A DNA stretch of 64,000 nucleotides from Camelus ferus. Lineage: Eukaryota. Every line of letters starts with the position of its first letter. Positions within the stretch are counted from its first letter, which is position 1. The translations under genes and the position numbers were made by a program. The notes under the pieces are model-generated. The model made no database searches. It had not been told where the DNA came from and worked only from the letters and a program-made list of their open reading frames with translations. Shown here piece by piece: positions 26,693 to 40,849 of the stretch. The stretch lies in the NCBI RefSeq assembly GCF_009834535.1, contig NC_045696.1:89902001-89966000 (forward strand), read 5' to 3'.

Positions 26693-27800
26693 CAGATAAT
26701 CATGGGAGATTAAACTACCTTAGCTAGTTATACCAACTCCAAACAGTTAGGCATAAAGTTTTAAACAATGATGGCCTGGGTATTTTACCTGCCTGACAAA
26801 CAAAAGACTTGGGAATGCCCCAACATCTTATATTTTCATATTTTATTCTGTACATTTAGTGTCACACCCACTGACATCATCAATATCAAAGTTGTCCTTA
26901 TAATCAATAACCTTATTAGAATTCTGAGCAGGGTCTGCTTTCTTTCTGAAGCTAATTCCAATAATGATTTTGGAAAGTCTGTTTTGATTCTCACTGTGTG
27001 TAGACAATCAAGAGTGAGCCAAACTTTCACACACGGAATAGAGTCGCCTTTGTCCCACAAGCACAGAGACAAGACACGACGATGCGGTGGTGGAACAGGT
27101 ACCACCCCCAATTCAGTTGGACAGACACACCTTATGGGAAACCAAATTGCCAGGGACACTTGAGGGAGGAAATCTCCTTACCCAAGAAACATTGGGGGAC
27201 CTGGAGGCTCAGCTTAATTAAATAAGGTAAAACTATTAGCAAAGCTGAGCAAAACTATATATAAACATGAGGACCCACAAGGGGGAACTATGTGCATTTA
27301 CACAGAAACACTTGAGGTGTCAGAATCCAAGTGGTGTGGCAGCATAAATATAAAGCAAAGATAGATTCATCCTGAATTCCAATAAGCCAAAAGGTTAACC
27401 ACCCAAAGCAACACTGAAGCCATTAGACATCCCAGGACGGTTGACATGGTCCACAATGGGAACTGTGAGAAGACACAAAAGCAGGAAACCCAAATCTTTC
27501 ACTCACTGGCAGAGTGATTTGATATTCAGTTTCCATCATTCAAATCGAGTCTTCAAAGCCATTTAATTCGCACCTTGTATTGGCATTCACAGCGAAGGCA
27601 ACCCAAACACTCCATTTTCACATTCTTTTCCACTCACAAGTCATGAGTTAAATACACTTGACTAAACAAACGCAGACATTTTCCAAACTGGTTCATGAGC
27701 GTCCTCTAGTGACAGTGAGGCCCCTTAAGACAATTCATTCCCCCACAAAACTGTCTTTGACAAGTGCAGATTCACTAAAGTATTCAATTTCTGCTGTCAG

Positions 27801-27810
27801 CTAAAAATAG
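27801..27810. promoter_or_regulatory. MEF2 site
   Basis: CTAAAAATAG, an exact MEF2 consensus in non-repeat sequence. Confidence 0.35.
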
Positions 27811-28239
27811 ATCTTCTGCCACAATTATTTGCACAGCCATAAACTTAACTTACTGCCCTCTCCTTAGAATCCGTAGCTAGATGAAGCCATTTCCTAAAGA
27901 CTAGGCAACGCTATCATCTGAAAACATTTCAAAACAACCTTTGCTTGATCCCAACATGAATATGTTATTTCGGCTGTTGGGAAGCCTTTTCACCACTGAA
28001 CAAACATGATTACAAAGTATTCAAGGAAGATTTTTTTGGAAATAATATACCTGTGTAGTTACTTCATTTCCTAACTTCTTTCAGTACTGCAGTGACTATG
28101 GTAAGTGATCCCAGGGGCTAAATCCACACAACTCTGCAGTACAATTGCCTCATCATTTATTTCCCATCACAGTTGCTGCGTGTTGTTTTTCAAATAAAGG
28201 CTTTCAACAGGTTCTTTCATCATTCAGCCTTATACTCGA

Positions 28240-28540
28240 GTTCTTAAACTGGTGGCCCCCAGGACAACTGCGGTCCATGGGCATGGTCTATTTACATTTA
28301 AATTTTTCTTACTGGTTGCCAACATTTAAAAATCTGGATTTCTGGCATTATCTGAAGAAAGAAAATGACCTTTGGCAACATTTTTTCTGCTTTACCACCT
28401 GGCAACATACTTCCAGGAGGCAAGGTGGGCTGCCTCTTTAGATGACACCTTCATTCAGTGAGCCAGTCACAACTTAGCTAGCATCAGTCACATAGATTAC
28501 TTACCTGGTCTTGTAGGCATCTGAGATGCAACCCCTGAAT
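28240..28540. mobile_element. Old hAT (MER102-like) element
   Basis: aaactggtggccc...aacatttaaaaatctggatttctggc...tttggcaaca; a related reverse-orientation fragment lies at ~32330-32430. Confidence 0.45.
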
Positions 28541-28818
28541 TTGTAACCCCTTTCAATTCTTCCTATGAAAGTTCTCTTTAAAATCCTTGTAACCAAGCTA
28601 ATCTTCTATCCTATTTGCACCTCAAAATGCTACCAACGACACAGACTAAAAGAAGCATACTCTATAAAGAAAGGCAGAAAGATATTCTCAGTAATAGAAG
28701 AATGCCAACACACAAATGAGTAGTTTAGGTTGATTTCAAACACAATCAATTCCCTCAGATTTGATAAAGTTCACTTTGTGTTTTTGAATTGTGTCTTGGT
28801 TTTGAGAGGACAAAACCC

Positions 28819-29112
<294 letters not shown>

Positions 29113-29409
29113 TCATAGACTCAGAAAAGCACAAGGAGTCTGGGAAGCTGGATTTGGGGACAGGGAAACTGTAACACATAGAATGTGACACGGGAAATCG
29201 GAAGACCTTGGACTTTCTATTTCATTAATGTGACTTTCATAGACTTGCCCAAGCTAAATCAGTCTACAAGAGTCAACTTAGTCAGAAAGAGTCATCAAAG
29301 TGAAACTAGTTTGCACCCAGGAATGTACGTACTTTGATTCATGAGACACAAAATCTTTCCATTTCTCATCCTTTTTTCAATTGAGAATAATAAACAGGCT
29401 GATGTACAA

Positions 29410-29700
29410 CTTATTCATTCACTCAATACATCACTGTTGGGGGACCATCCTGTGCCAAGGTCAGCCCTTGGCACTGCAGCTCTATGGGAGCCATTCACAC
29501 AGACTTCAAGGGCGTCCCATGATGTCTGATAGCGCAGTCTACATGGTCAAGTGCAGGGGTCCTGCTCTGGGGACAAGACAGGCAAGAGCCCTGTGGTCAC
29601 AAATTTTACACCCTGTGGAAGGAAACTGGGGTAATGTATGATAAATAAACAAAGAAGTGGATGGAGAAGACAAAATACTTGGAAGTGTTACGTGCTATTC
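29410..29700 (-). mobile_element. L2 3' fragments
   Basis: attcattcactcaatacatc..ctgtgccaagg; aagacaggcaagagccctg. Confidence 0.5.
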
Positions 29701-32639
29701 AGAACTTTAAAGTAACCCACGATGAGGTGGCTGCTTGAGACTTCACCCAAGGAAGCTTTTTATTTCCTGTGATTAGTACCCTCCAAAAAAGCCATGTTCT
29801 GATTTGGATACAGAAACCCCTTCTTTGTGAAAGCCAAGTGACTTTTTTTTCCATTTGGACTAGCTTCTAATCTTTGAGATTAACATCTAGATTTTCACAT
29901 GTGATCAGGGAACACACTCCCTTTTCTCCTGGGGGTTAGCTGGAAATGAAAACCTGATTGTCAGGATTCAGCCTTTGAAAATAGTTTTAAATGACTGCAC
30001 TGATTCCATCACTCTCTCCTCGACTCCTGGAAGCCTCTAATCTCTATAATTCTTCCACATACAACCAAAGTCACTAAAGATGTTTCTGTGTAAATGAACT
30101 GATTTATTTTCATTTGGCTAGAATGGTTCAAAGACCATCAATTCTCAGCGGTCAGAGGATATAAAGAATACATAAATGCTATCACATTCTTGAATTTGTA
30201 TATATTTCCTAATTCATCAAGGCGCTGTGAGTTATAATGCTCAAGGAAAAGTCCAGAAGCTGCAGTGAAATAATACCTTGGTGATGTCAGAGGCCAATTT
30301 CCCTGAATCTATGACACTGAAGCTTCTGGGGCCCTTACTTAGAGGCCAAGAGCTTCCAGACTCTTCGAGGAGCTCCTCTGGTGGCTTGTATAAAATTGCA
30401 AAAGGATGTATTTTTTAGGTTTTTCTTTAAGGGCTCTCCAAATTATATGCACACTGCAGGCCCCATTAAAGCAGGACCTGACCTTGCTTTGGGTCATATG
30501 TGGTCACTGTTTTCTTATGCAATGTCTACTCAAAACGCATCCATATTTATTTATTTTCCTTGGATTTAAAGATTTTAAACAGAACCTCAGAGAAGGTCCT
30601 GTAAGATTATGGGCCTGAGTTTGGTAATCCTGTTGTTTCCTCTGGGATCCATTTTATTAAGAAAGTATCAAACTTTTGGAGGCTGATTTCCATGTCATCT
30701 GAAGTGCCTGAAGTACCGGGCATCTCCCAGAGCCCTGCTGACAAGTCCCGGCAACTTGAGGGCACCTAAAGCCTGCAAACCTGCCCATCAAGGGCTTAGA
30801 AACATGTGACGTTTTAAATGTGATTTTAAAAACAGAAAATACTGACAACATATGGAATATGCACAAGATTATAGGACGAGGTATTTCTCCCCCCAACGCC
30901 ACCTTTTTGAATCTCCTTGATTATTCAGAAAACATGAAAAGCAGTAGCCCCCATTTGAGATGTTACATTTTAGCTTGTTGAACACCAGGGGGCAGCATGA
31001 CACCTTTAAAAAACAAAAGGATGAGCAAGTGAAAGCTTGCAAAGCCTTTAAAGCATCACCTTCCCCTTCTAGTTCTATGGGATCTTTACAGTGACATGTC
31101 AGTTTCCTTAAGTCAGAGATTAAGAAGACAATATCCTTTTCTTCCAAGTGAATGGATATCCTCTACTTTTGTTAACTGACAAGAAAATGTGAAAATATTA
31201 AATACCTTTAAAATGTGTATTAAAGCCATCTATAAGCCATTCACTTCCCTAAAGTCATTTTAATTTTTGAATAGTTATCTCACTATCCTTGCCTACACAT
31301 ATGAAAACAGTTTTACTTAGTTGAAAGTATATTACATTGTATTTTATTCTTTTTTTTTAATTTAAGGGTTAAAAATGAGAGGACAGTCACGTCATATTAG
31401 GCTATTACTCTAAATTGCTACACTGTTTTCCTTAAACAGTGGAGCTGTGCTATTATTTATGACTCTCTGAATCGTAGAAAAGTGTTTATATCATATACTT
31501 ACTCCCCTTTAACTACACTGATGTGACGTTCACAGATTAAATGATTCTAATATTAGCTCTCAGAATACCATCTCCACATACTATTTACTGTATGACAGAA
31601 TTAAAATGTAGAAGCACCTCATCCCTCAATCAAAGGGAATCACGTGTCATCTTTTCACCCCAGCTTTACTGCAATTCCTACTCACAAGGCACCTTCACGG
31701 ACGCAGGGTAAACCCTAAACACCAACAACCTTGACATTTTCACTTCTGAAACCGAGCAATGGCATCAATATAATTCTTTAAAAGCTGGTTGCAGTAAGAA
31801 GGCACATTGTGTGTGTTCCTATATTTTGAATTATAAATACGGTATTGAGGTTTATTTCAAAAGAAATGATATAAAATACTTTTCTTGATTTCTTTGCCAG
31901 GTCAATTCCAATTTATCTTCTCTCATCTCAGGGATGGCATACTCGCCTGCCTCTGCCCTTTCTAGAAGCCCTTGTCAGTTTTATGGTGCAGGTGGCTCCC
32001 TCCTGCATTCGCAGCTACTTGGGGACTCAGCCTGTGCAGTTCTGGCTGTCAGCAGACGTCCTTACACAGAGGAGCAGAAGGGAGAGCTCTCTGAGGGCTG
32101 GGATGCTTAGAGGAGGCTTGAGGGAGTCCATGGTACTTTAATTAGCTTTCAAGGATGGATGGGGTTTAGATTGCTAGGGAGGAAGAGGGAAGACCTTTGG
32201 GCAAAGGCATGAAAGTGAGGGTACCAGGCAGGATGAGGCTGTGGAGACAGGAGAAGAATCCCGATGTCGCCTGGGGCCCGGGTGGGGGAAGACTGGGCAG
32301 TACCTGCCCCTGTGAGGGGGAACCCCATCCTGGCACAACTGATGGGTGCCAGACCTTTCAGCTTTTCAAGAGTAGTCAGACATCTGGATTGTTTGTGTGA
32401 AAGTTCCTAATTCTTAAATGTTACTAAATAATTTTTTAAATTTCAAAATACATTATTTCCCAAGTAAGCTGAATTTGAGGATGGGAAAAAGAGGATGCCA
32501 TCAAAGAAGACACAAGTCTGAGTATGTTGGGAAACAATAGCTAATTACATGTAGCTCCTTCTGTCTGTCTTCTCCCACTCAGTCCTGCCCACAAGTGGTC
32601 TGAGGGAAGGCACTGGTATTGTCACAGTGGTAGGCTTTG

Positions 32640-33115
32640 CCTGGCCAACATTAATTACTCCTTCTTTTGGTTCCAGTGCCCATTTTCCCTTGGGGACCCA
32701 CCAACCCTCAACCCAGGAGCTTTGGATGGAGCAGATCCTACCCCTCCACTGTAGACAGCAGTCCGTGTGCTGGGGCTGACCAACCAGCAGGCAGTGATTG
32801 GTTCATGGATGCACACTTGGCTCAAGCCAGGCCAATGAGAAGCTACTGAGAAAGCAGCCCCCTCCTGCACCTGGAGACCTCCAATTGGTAGGTTGTAAGC
32901 CTGGACTGTTCGTGGTCACTTTGCCACAATGCTGGGAGAGAAAGAAGCAATAATGCAGAGAGCAGAGCTTACAGAAGACAAGAGACAGAGATGCCTTATG
33001 ACCTTGTCTGAAGCACATTAGCCCCTGGGGGTTTCTGTTGGGTGATCTAATATCATCTCTTTTTATATGTAAGTTAGTTTGAGTTGAATTTCTGTTACTT
33101 GCAATAAAGAGTCCT
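32640..33115 (+). mobile_element. Old MaLR LTR (MLT1-like)
   Basis: gattggttcatggatgcacac...ggccaatgaga...taagttagtttgagttgaatttctgttacttgcaa. Confidence 0.55.
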
Positions 33116-34029
33116 GGCCAAGTTTGGTGGAACAATATGGGAACTGACCTACCCAACCCTTGGACCAGATTCCCTGTCTCCCCTATTACACTGCACTCCT
33201 TCCTCATGGTTTGGCAAATGGGAGAGATGGAGAAGGGAGCAAGATGGTGGGTTTGGCTTGAGTGATAAGTAGAACCCCTATTTGTTTAAGCCTCTGTTAG
33301 TTACATTTTCTACAAGCAACTAAAAGGTACCCTAACAGATTTGTCATGTTTGTATGATTTGGTGTCGGCTGCAACCCTGGATCTTCATACAGACCTTCCC
33401 AAATGCCAGGAAAGGGCCACTGCAGGCAACAGACGGGTTTTCCATAGCAGTTGCCCTGTATCTCTAGCCCGCCATCCCAGACTGAAGTTTCTGCTCAGTT
33501 TGTAACTCCTGACCTCAGCTCCCTACTCTGACTGTTGGTACGTCTTAAGCATCTTAGAGTCATGCTCTTCTGGATCTTTCTACCAGTTTCTTCACCAACA
33601 TCTATGACCACCCTAACTGTCAGCAACCCCCTGACTCCTTCACAGATGGGAATTTGGGCCACTGGGGTCTTGGCTCTTTTCTTTAGGAAGACTGAGAAGG
33701 CACTTCAGAAATGAGGCTCACAGAGGCAACTGAGTCTATGAAAGAGATCAGTAGCTCTGGGAGGTAATAACCACTCAAAAAGAAGAGTATCTGATTAGCC
33801 CGGTCCAGACACCTCTTTTCCAATGAGTCCTCTTCCTCCACTAGACTGTGAAGCCCTGGAAGGCAATGACCATGTGTGCCCATCATCTCTCTACCATTCT
33901 AGGAATATGGTAAGTAGGTGACCAACAATATATTCTCCTTAGATTATGTCCCAGAAATAGCTCAATAAATGCTCGAAGAAGAACAGGTTTTACCTCACAA
34001 GGAGGTGTGGTTAGACACAAGTATGTTTA

Positions 34030-36020
34030 CTGTATTCTTCAGCTCTGTGACTTCTCCTTGGTGCCTTCTTATATTTTCCATCTCTTTGTTGAAGTTCTCA
34101 CTGTGTTCACCCATTCTTCTGAACTCAGTGAGCATATTTATGACCTCTTATTTTGAACTTTTTGTCAGATAATTTGTTTATCTCCATTTCATGAAGGTTT
34201 TATCCTGTTCTTTCATTGGGAGCATATTCCTCTGTCCCTTCATTTTGCTTGATTCTCTGTGTTGGTTTCTATGTATTAGATGAAGCAGCCATCCCTCCTC
34301 AGCTTGAAGGGTTGGCCTTGGGTAGGAGGCGAAACTTATCATTCAACCTTGCCCCAGCTCTTGGTTGTCCCTCAAATCTCTGAGTATCCAAGTAACCTAT
34401 TCTACTTTTAATAACTCCCAGTAGGTAAGGGTGTGCGAAGACCAGTCAGTGCCACAAAGGGGGGGATCTTCAGCAGCACCTAGATTTAGGCTGAATGGAA
34501 GCCAGACACTCAGGCAGCAGCTTTTAAAAAACACAATAGATACTGTCTTGTGGGACTACAAGCATAAGCCCTGCTGGCCTCCACAGCCAGGAGGAGATTG
34601 AGGGGGGTCTGCTGGGGGGGAGCCACAATAACCAGCGCACCGGACACGTATAAAAGGTCCTCTCCAAGAGATGCTGATGCTCTGCAGTGCGGCAGAGGGA
34701 GAGCTTGAAGACAGTGCCCACCTTCCAAGGTCTCAGGAAAGGTTTACAGTTGGCCCTTAGAAGCATTTAATTAGAAGCCTGACCCTTTCACAGAAAGACT
34801 GAGCTTCTGAGCTCCTGGTGTGTTGCTTCTTGCTGTGCCCTGGGAATGGTAGCTGTTTAAGAACTGTTTCTCCAAAACAACAACACCACCTCTTTCTCCA
34901 TTAGTTACAGTCCTATAGGACCCACGAGTGTAAGCCCTGAGCCAGGCCACCCAGAGCCAGGCAGCGTAGAAGTGTCTCCTGGCAGCAGCCGCAAAAATCA
35001 GGGCATCATGCAAGGGTACATGCTCCTTTCTGGAAGATACCAGCAATCTGGAGTGAAGCAGAGGAAAAGCTCCAAGACTGCACGCACCGGCCTCTGTTCC
35101 CTGCTTTGCCAAATCAGAAGCTTGACCCTCAGGCCAAAGCTCCCGGACAAGGAAATAGGCTTCTTTCTCAGGAATACCAGGGGGTGTGCTTCAGTCTGCT
35201 ATCTGTGCAGTGGTCTGGAGGCTATAGTCCCATGGGACCCAGGAATGACACTCCCCTGGACTCCAGAGCCAGGCAATCAAGAGACATCCCCTGGGTGGCA
35301 GCTGCAAAGGCCAGGGCAGCAGAGATAAGAACTGCGGCACCAGATGTGTGCAGAGCCTCCCCTGCAGGAGACACAGGTGCTGTGAAGCACAGCAGAGGGA
35401 GAGCGCGGAGACAGCACCCACCAGCCGGAGCCAGACAGAGAGTGGGACGATGGCGCCCACCAGCCCCAGGCCTGGAGGGTATGCCAGCAGGCCCCTGCCC
35501 CTCAGACCAACGCTTCAAAATCAGCAAATGAGTTTCTTTCACATAAAGTCTGGGCACTCTTTAAAGGGTTGCTTCTGCACTGGGCCCTGGAGTGGGTGAG
35601 TCTGCGTGTGGGCCCTTTAAAGGATGATCTTCAGTTCGCCACAGCCTCTAGGATCTCCTTGAGCCCCGCTGGTCTTCAAAGCCAGGGGTCTGGGGGCTCG
35701 TCTCTCGGGTACCAGCCTTGAAAGTTGGTGTGCTCAATGTGGGGTATAAACCTTTTGCTTCTCAGAGGAAAGCTCTGGGTTTGGAGTTCCCTCGGGATGG
35801 TGGGCTGTCACCCCGGGGGTGGGGCTTATGGAGAGACTGTGTCTCAGCTTTTCCGATGCACTTTGATGTGGTTTCCCTCTTGTTTGCCCAATGTGAAGGG
35901 GTCACTCCACCAGTGTTTTGGGTTTTTTTTAATATATGGAATTGTAGCTGTAGATTCAATGCATCCGTGGGAGAAAACGGTACAGGGTCTTCCTACATCC
36001 CTATCTTAAACCAGGACTTC
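34030..36020 (-). mobile_element. Older L1 5' region (5'UTR plus start of ORF1), antisense
   Basis: 34030-34280 is typical antisense ORF1 (ttcagctctg...atctctttgttgaagttctcactgtgttca). It is followed by a ~1.7 kb GC-rich block with internally repeated subunits. Confidence 0.6.
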
Positions 36021-36419
36021 CCCAAAACTAAATGTGTTTAGAGTGATATGGATTCTTGTTCAGTTTTACTTCTCATTAGCTGTGGCCTTGGGCAAAATAC
36101 TAAACTTACCGGCCTACATTTTGCTTATGCACAAAATGGGAATAACAATAACTTCTTTGTAACTCTTGCAGAGTCAAGATAAAGTATTTAAGTCACTTAG
36201 CCCCAAACTTGACAAATAGAGGTCTGAGATAAATTATTATAATTACTTAAGGAAATCATGGAAATCATATACATTGATATGATACACTGGATTCCTAAGG
36301 ATCTTTACAGACAATATTTTAGTAGCCCAATTTGACACAAAATATATTTGGAAAAGGTACAATTGCATGGAAAAGACACACTAGACTAAATGTGTTCCTT
36401 GGATTTTCTCACTGAAAGC

Positions 36420-36580
36420 TCACTACAATCCTTTAAGACATGATTAGTGTTCTCATTTTATAGAGAAGTGTAACTGAGGCCCAGAGAGGTAAGCAGTGCT
36501 TGCAAGGTCACACAGCTGGTAAGGAGCAGAGCTGGGATTTGAACCTAGGGTGCTCTAACTCCAAAGTCTGTGCTCTCAAT
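36420..36580 (-). mobile_element. MIR SINE
   Basis: aactgaggcccagagaggtaag...aaggtcacacagctggtaag..gagctgggatttgaacc. Confidence 0.8.
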
Positions 36581-39500
36581 CCCACTTCTCTCATATCTTT
36601 TTAATTAAACTTTTGACTACAGTTGACAGGTATTACTCTCAAACAAATGCAATTTAACAAGGCTTCATTGAAAACGAGCTTTGCAATTCTCTTGGGAATT
36701 GTCTTCCTTCTCAATAGTGTGTCTGTCTGTCTCTGTCTCTCCCTTATAGAATCTAAATGTTATTTGATCACTAAGTAAAATATGTTAATAAAAAATAAGG
36801 AGAGGAATTGAACATATTTAATGAGCAGACTTTTAAAAGATGATTCATATCCAAAAGATCGCTACGTTGTTCCATCACAAAATATACATACTGTTAAAAC
36901 ATAAAGAGAGGGATTGCACAGAGTCAATGAGCAACTTTTAAATGACGGTTTGTATTCGAAAGATGCGCTTTAGATCTCGCGGCAACAGGCAAGGGGTGAC
37001 CCCAGCATGAAGGGCAGAGGTTTGGTGGGATTTGGAGGGTCTGTTTCCTTCCTTTGCAGTCCGGCCTCGGTGCTAAAGCCTGCACCCCTTTGATGTGTGT
37101 GCGCACTCCCAGCCTCGGCCCTTAAGCACACTCCCATCTTCAGTCTAAGGGTCGCGACGACAGCCTCCGTTGTGGTGCTTTCACTATTACTTTTGCTTGC
37201 ACCAAATTTTCTGACAGAAGAGGCTTGCTTTTGTTTGATCTTCAGGAAACTTGCCTTTCACCTCCCCAAAGTGACTTTTTATTAATAGCTGTGCAATCTT
37301 GATTGTTTTCACCCCTTTGATGCAGTTCTTTGATCCTCCAAGTCTAAAACTCAAAATAACCTCTTAACGGTGGCTTTCGTGAGCCAGGGAATGCACCCTT
37401 CCCGACATGTCCTCTCGATTCCACCCTTCAACACACATGTTCTTTCCCTGTAGACCTCTGCTTCTTTCCACTGATTCCTTGCATGGCCACATACAGGTTT
37501 AGGCTTTCTTATCAAAATATTTCCTGTTTATGTTGTCCTGAGTGTGAGGGAACAACCGAGACCCTTTCCTGCCCCATCTGACCCCGACCAGGTTCGCACT
37601 AGCAGCAGGGTCACAGTGGAGGCGCCCACACCTGAGAAGAGTTCTCATCTTACCTCATCTTTGACATTCAGAGACTGACCTGCCAAGGTGCACCCCCCTT
37701 GGGGCTTGCAGGAGCTGGACTGTCCAGAAAACCTTCATTGGAACCTGCTGCTCTCCCCACATCAGGGTGGCGATTGGAGAGTTTCCAGGAAAGCAGATGT
37801 TGTGGTGTCATAACTCTCACTTCTCCCTACCCCGCCTTCTACCTGGTAAAGGTACGTGTTCAGCTGGTTCCCACTAATAGAAGACAAAAGACTCTACGAG
37901 AAAGCCTGTGAAGTTTGACAGTGACTCCAGAATGTGGGACAAGGCCCATCTTTCATACCCAGTGCTCCGCAGGCCTAAGGAAGGTTCCCTGGGAAGCAGG
38001 GATGGGGGTATGCTGAGATCCTCCCTGTTGAGGATGCCAAGGTCGGCCTAGGGGAGACAGCCCCAGCAAAGCAATGGATACATTGAGGGGTGCAGCCCAC
38101 ACCACTGGTGGGGGCTCAGGGGAGACCCAGTGACCCTTCCCACAGAGTCCCAATCCTTAGGTCTGTTTTTAAGGAAAGAACTGCCTGGCGGTGCAAGAGC
38201 TCACCATCAACAGGAAACCTGGGGCAGCTTCGGTGTTCAGCACTCAGAGGGTGGGAGAGGTGAGTGACAGCAGGGGAGGAAGGGAGAGGGAAGGGAGGGG
38301 AGCTGGGGAGGGTGGAAAGAGGAGATGAGGGGGAAGGCGGGGAGCTAGCTGCACAGCTGTAGGAAAGGTCTAATGGGTGGAGAGGAGATGTTCGGCCTGT
38401 CATGAGATTTAAGAATTTAATAACCAGATTAGACAAGAGTCACTGAACTGGACTAAATTCTCCAATGGGACTCAAATTCCATTATTGGACAAGATTAAGT
38501 TTTCTCTCCCTCATCCCCCTCTGGTGAGTGGAAATGGGGTTCAGAGTTATTAGGAGAGAGAAAACCATTCTGTTTGCACCTCACTGGGCTGAGACTCCCC
38601 CATCAAACCAGCTACACATAAAATCTCTGAGCTGGCTGGGCTCTCGGGCACAGAGAGTTTTCCTTTGCTTGCTCCTCCTCCTGGCACCTGTCGCTCTGCC
38701 CCTACAGCTTGGAGATGATGAAGACTAAAAAAGACCAGGGAGGGTTCTTAACTTCGTTTCAGCATTCAAATTAAACACTCCAATTTTTCACACAACCAAC
38801 TTTCCTTTCCAGCGCTTTTTCAGTTAAGAGGATGTTATCTTAATGAGAAAATTCCTAGGATAAGGCAACCTATGTTTGGAAACCAACATCTTGTGTAGTA
38901 AGGCTGACACACTGCTTATATAAAGTGATTTGCGGGCCTGATTCATTATTCATTTAACTAAGTACGACGCAGAGTAACCTAGCAGGGGACCCAACTGGTT
39001 CAGAAGCCACGTTTGAATTTCACCTTGAGAGGTAGCACTATGTGCTCGCTCAGAGACAAGCTTTTTACTGATAACCAAGGTTAACGTAGACTTACAGGGG
39101 TGTGTATTAATGTTTGCTTTTATCCACCAGGATACTGTGTATCTGTGTCATGTCTGTTGCAATTCCTAAATCCAGCAACGGCTTGTCGTACACCTCCAGG
39201 TGCCTTTCTTCAAGGGGACTTCTTTTCTAAAAGATTCCTCTTTGGGCTTTTTGCACATGATCAGTGACCCTGGCCAAGCTGTCACGTTTAAATTCTCCAG
39301 ATACGTGCTTCTCAGAGTGTTAAGCTCTGTGTGTGTGTGTGTGTGTTTAAGAGAGCGGGAGGAAGAGATTATACACACCCTCACTGGCAATACTTACATG
39401 CACCCCTGAAGGAAATATGAATGGGAAAGGATCACAGAGAACAAGCACAGTTTAAGAGTACATCTACAGTGATTACGTTAGGCCCCTTCCCTACTTGGTA

Positions 39501-40093
39501 ATGGTTTTAGAAGGTCGTTATTTTGTTCTAGAATACCACATCACCTGTTTCACCTTGGGTCTTACTAGTTTCACTTTTATTAATATTGAGGTGTATTTAG
39601 CAGTATTTTTGTGCAATAGTCATTGGTAGTGGAGGAAAAGGACTCTCATTTGGCCCTATTAAGAGAGAATAAGAAAGAAAAGGATAAGAAGTGAGGAAGA
39701 AAGGGAAGAGATATTTTCCCAAAACAACTGGGTAAGAGCTGGACTGGAAGCAGGAAGAAGGAACAGGGTTGAAAAGATGTGTGTGTGTGCGTGCGAGTGT
39801 GTGTAAAAGAAATAACCCAGTTGTTCCAAGGTGGAACTAACAAGTTACTAAGAAGAGAGACAGTGGAAATGCTAGTAGAAGCTGAAGAACGTTACTCGAA
39901 AAGGGAAAAACCAAGAAATGATGAAGCAAATGGCTTTGCTGCCGCTTAGAACAGGGAGGAAACAATGTATAACATATAAATGTGAAACAAATGAATGTGT
40001 AATTCTTGTATCCCTACATTCTAGAATAGTTCAGAGATTAAGAAAGCAAGAACTTTAAAACAAGTGCTTTAAAGTAAACTTTGAAATAACTTA

Positions 40094-40195
<102 letters not shown>

Positions 40196-40849
40196 TCAAT
40201 ATAGCTGAACCCATAAAGTTGACATCTACATCAATAATACTGCCAATTTAGATTTAATTGAAAAGGCAAATATATATTCAATTTTATTCACTTTAATTTA
40301 TTAATAGGGTCCTAAAAGTTCCTATTGATGGGTGGTGGATAAATAACTGTACATAGAAAGAAAATGTTGTTTTGTTTTTTAACATCACTGTTCTTGATTT
40401 CTGCCACTCAGCTCAACATTCATCTAAGGCATGTAAGTCATTTACTTTAAGCAAAGAGGAAAGCGGACCGTTAGGCCGTTTCGGGGGAAAGTAAGTACAG
40501 TGTTACAAATCTCCTGGTATCGTCCAACTAGCGAGTAGTAGAAAGAACTTAATTCATTCCCTACAGTGCTACCACTAGTGAACCTTTCCTCCTTTCATTC
40601 TGTAAACTTTTTCAGAGCTCCCGCTATGAACAAAGCCTGAATCTGCCCTGGAGAAAGACAGATGATGATGAATATATGGTCACTGCTCCTATGAGTTTAT
40701 GTAAGACAGTCACTGGATACTACAGTGGTCAAGGAAGGCTTCACAGAGCGGATGGCAGTTGTGCTGGGTTTTGAAGAATGGACAGGAATTAGACAAGTTG
40801 AGACGTAAAAGGTAATACATATGAGGAAGATATTAAAACAAAGGAGTAG

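Noticed and set aside
26768..27163. Overlapping opposite-strand ORFs of 131 and 107 aa
   Set aside because: No recognisable domain or splice structure; compatible with chance.
34510..36041. Dense cluster of overlapping ORFs
   Set aside because: Explained by a GC-rich L1 5' region with few stop codons.
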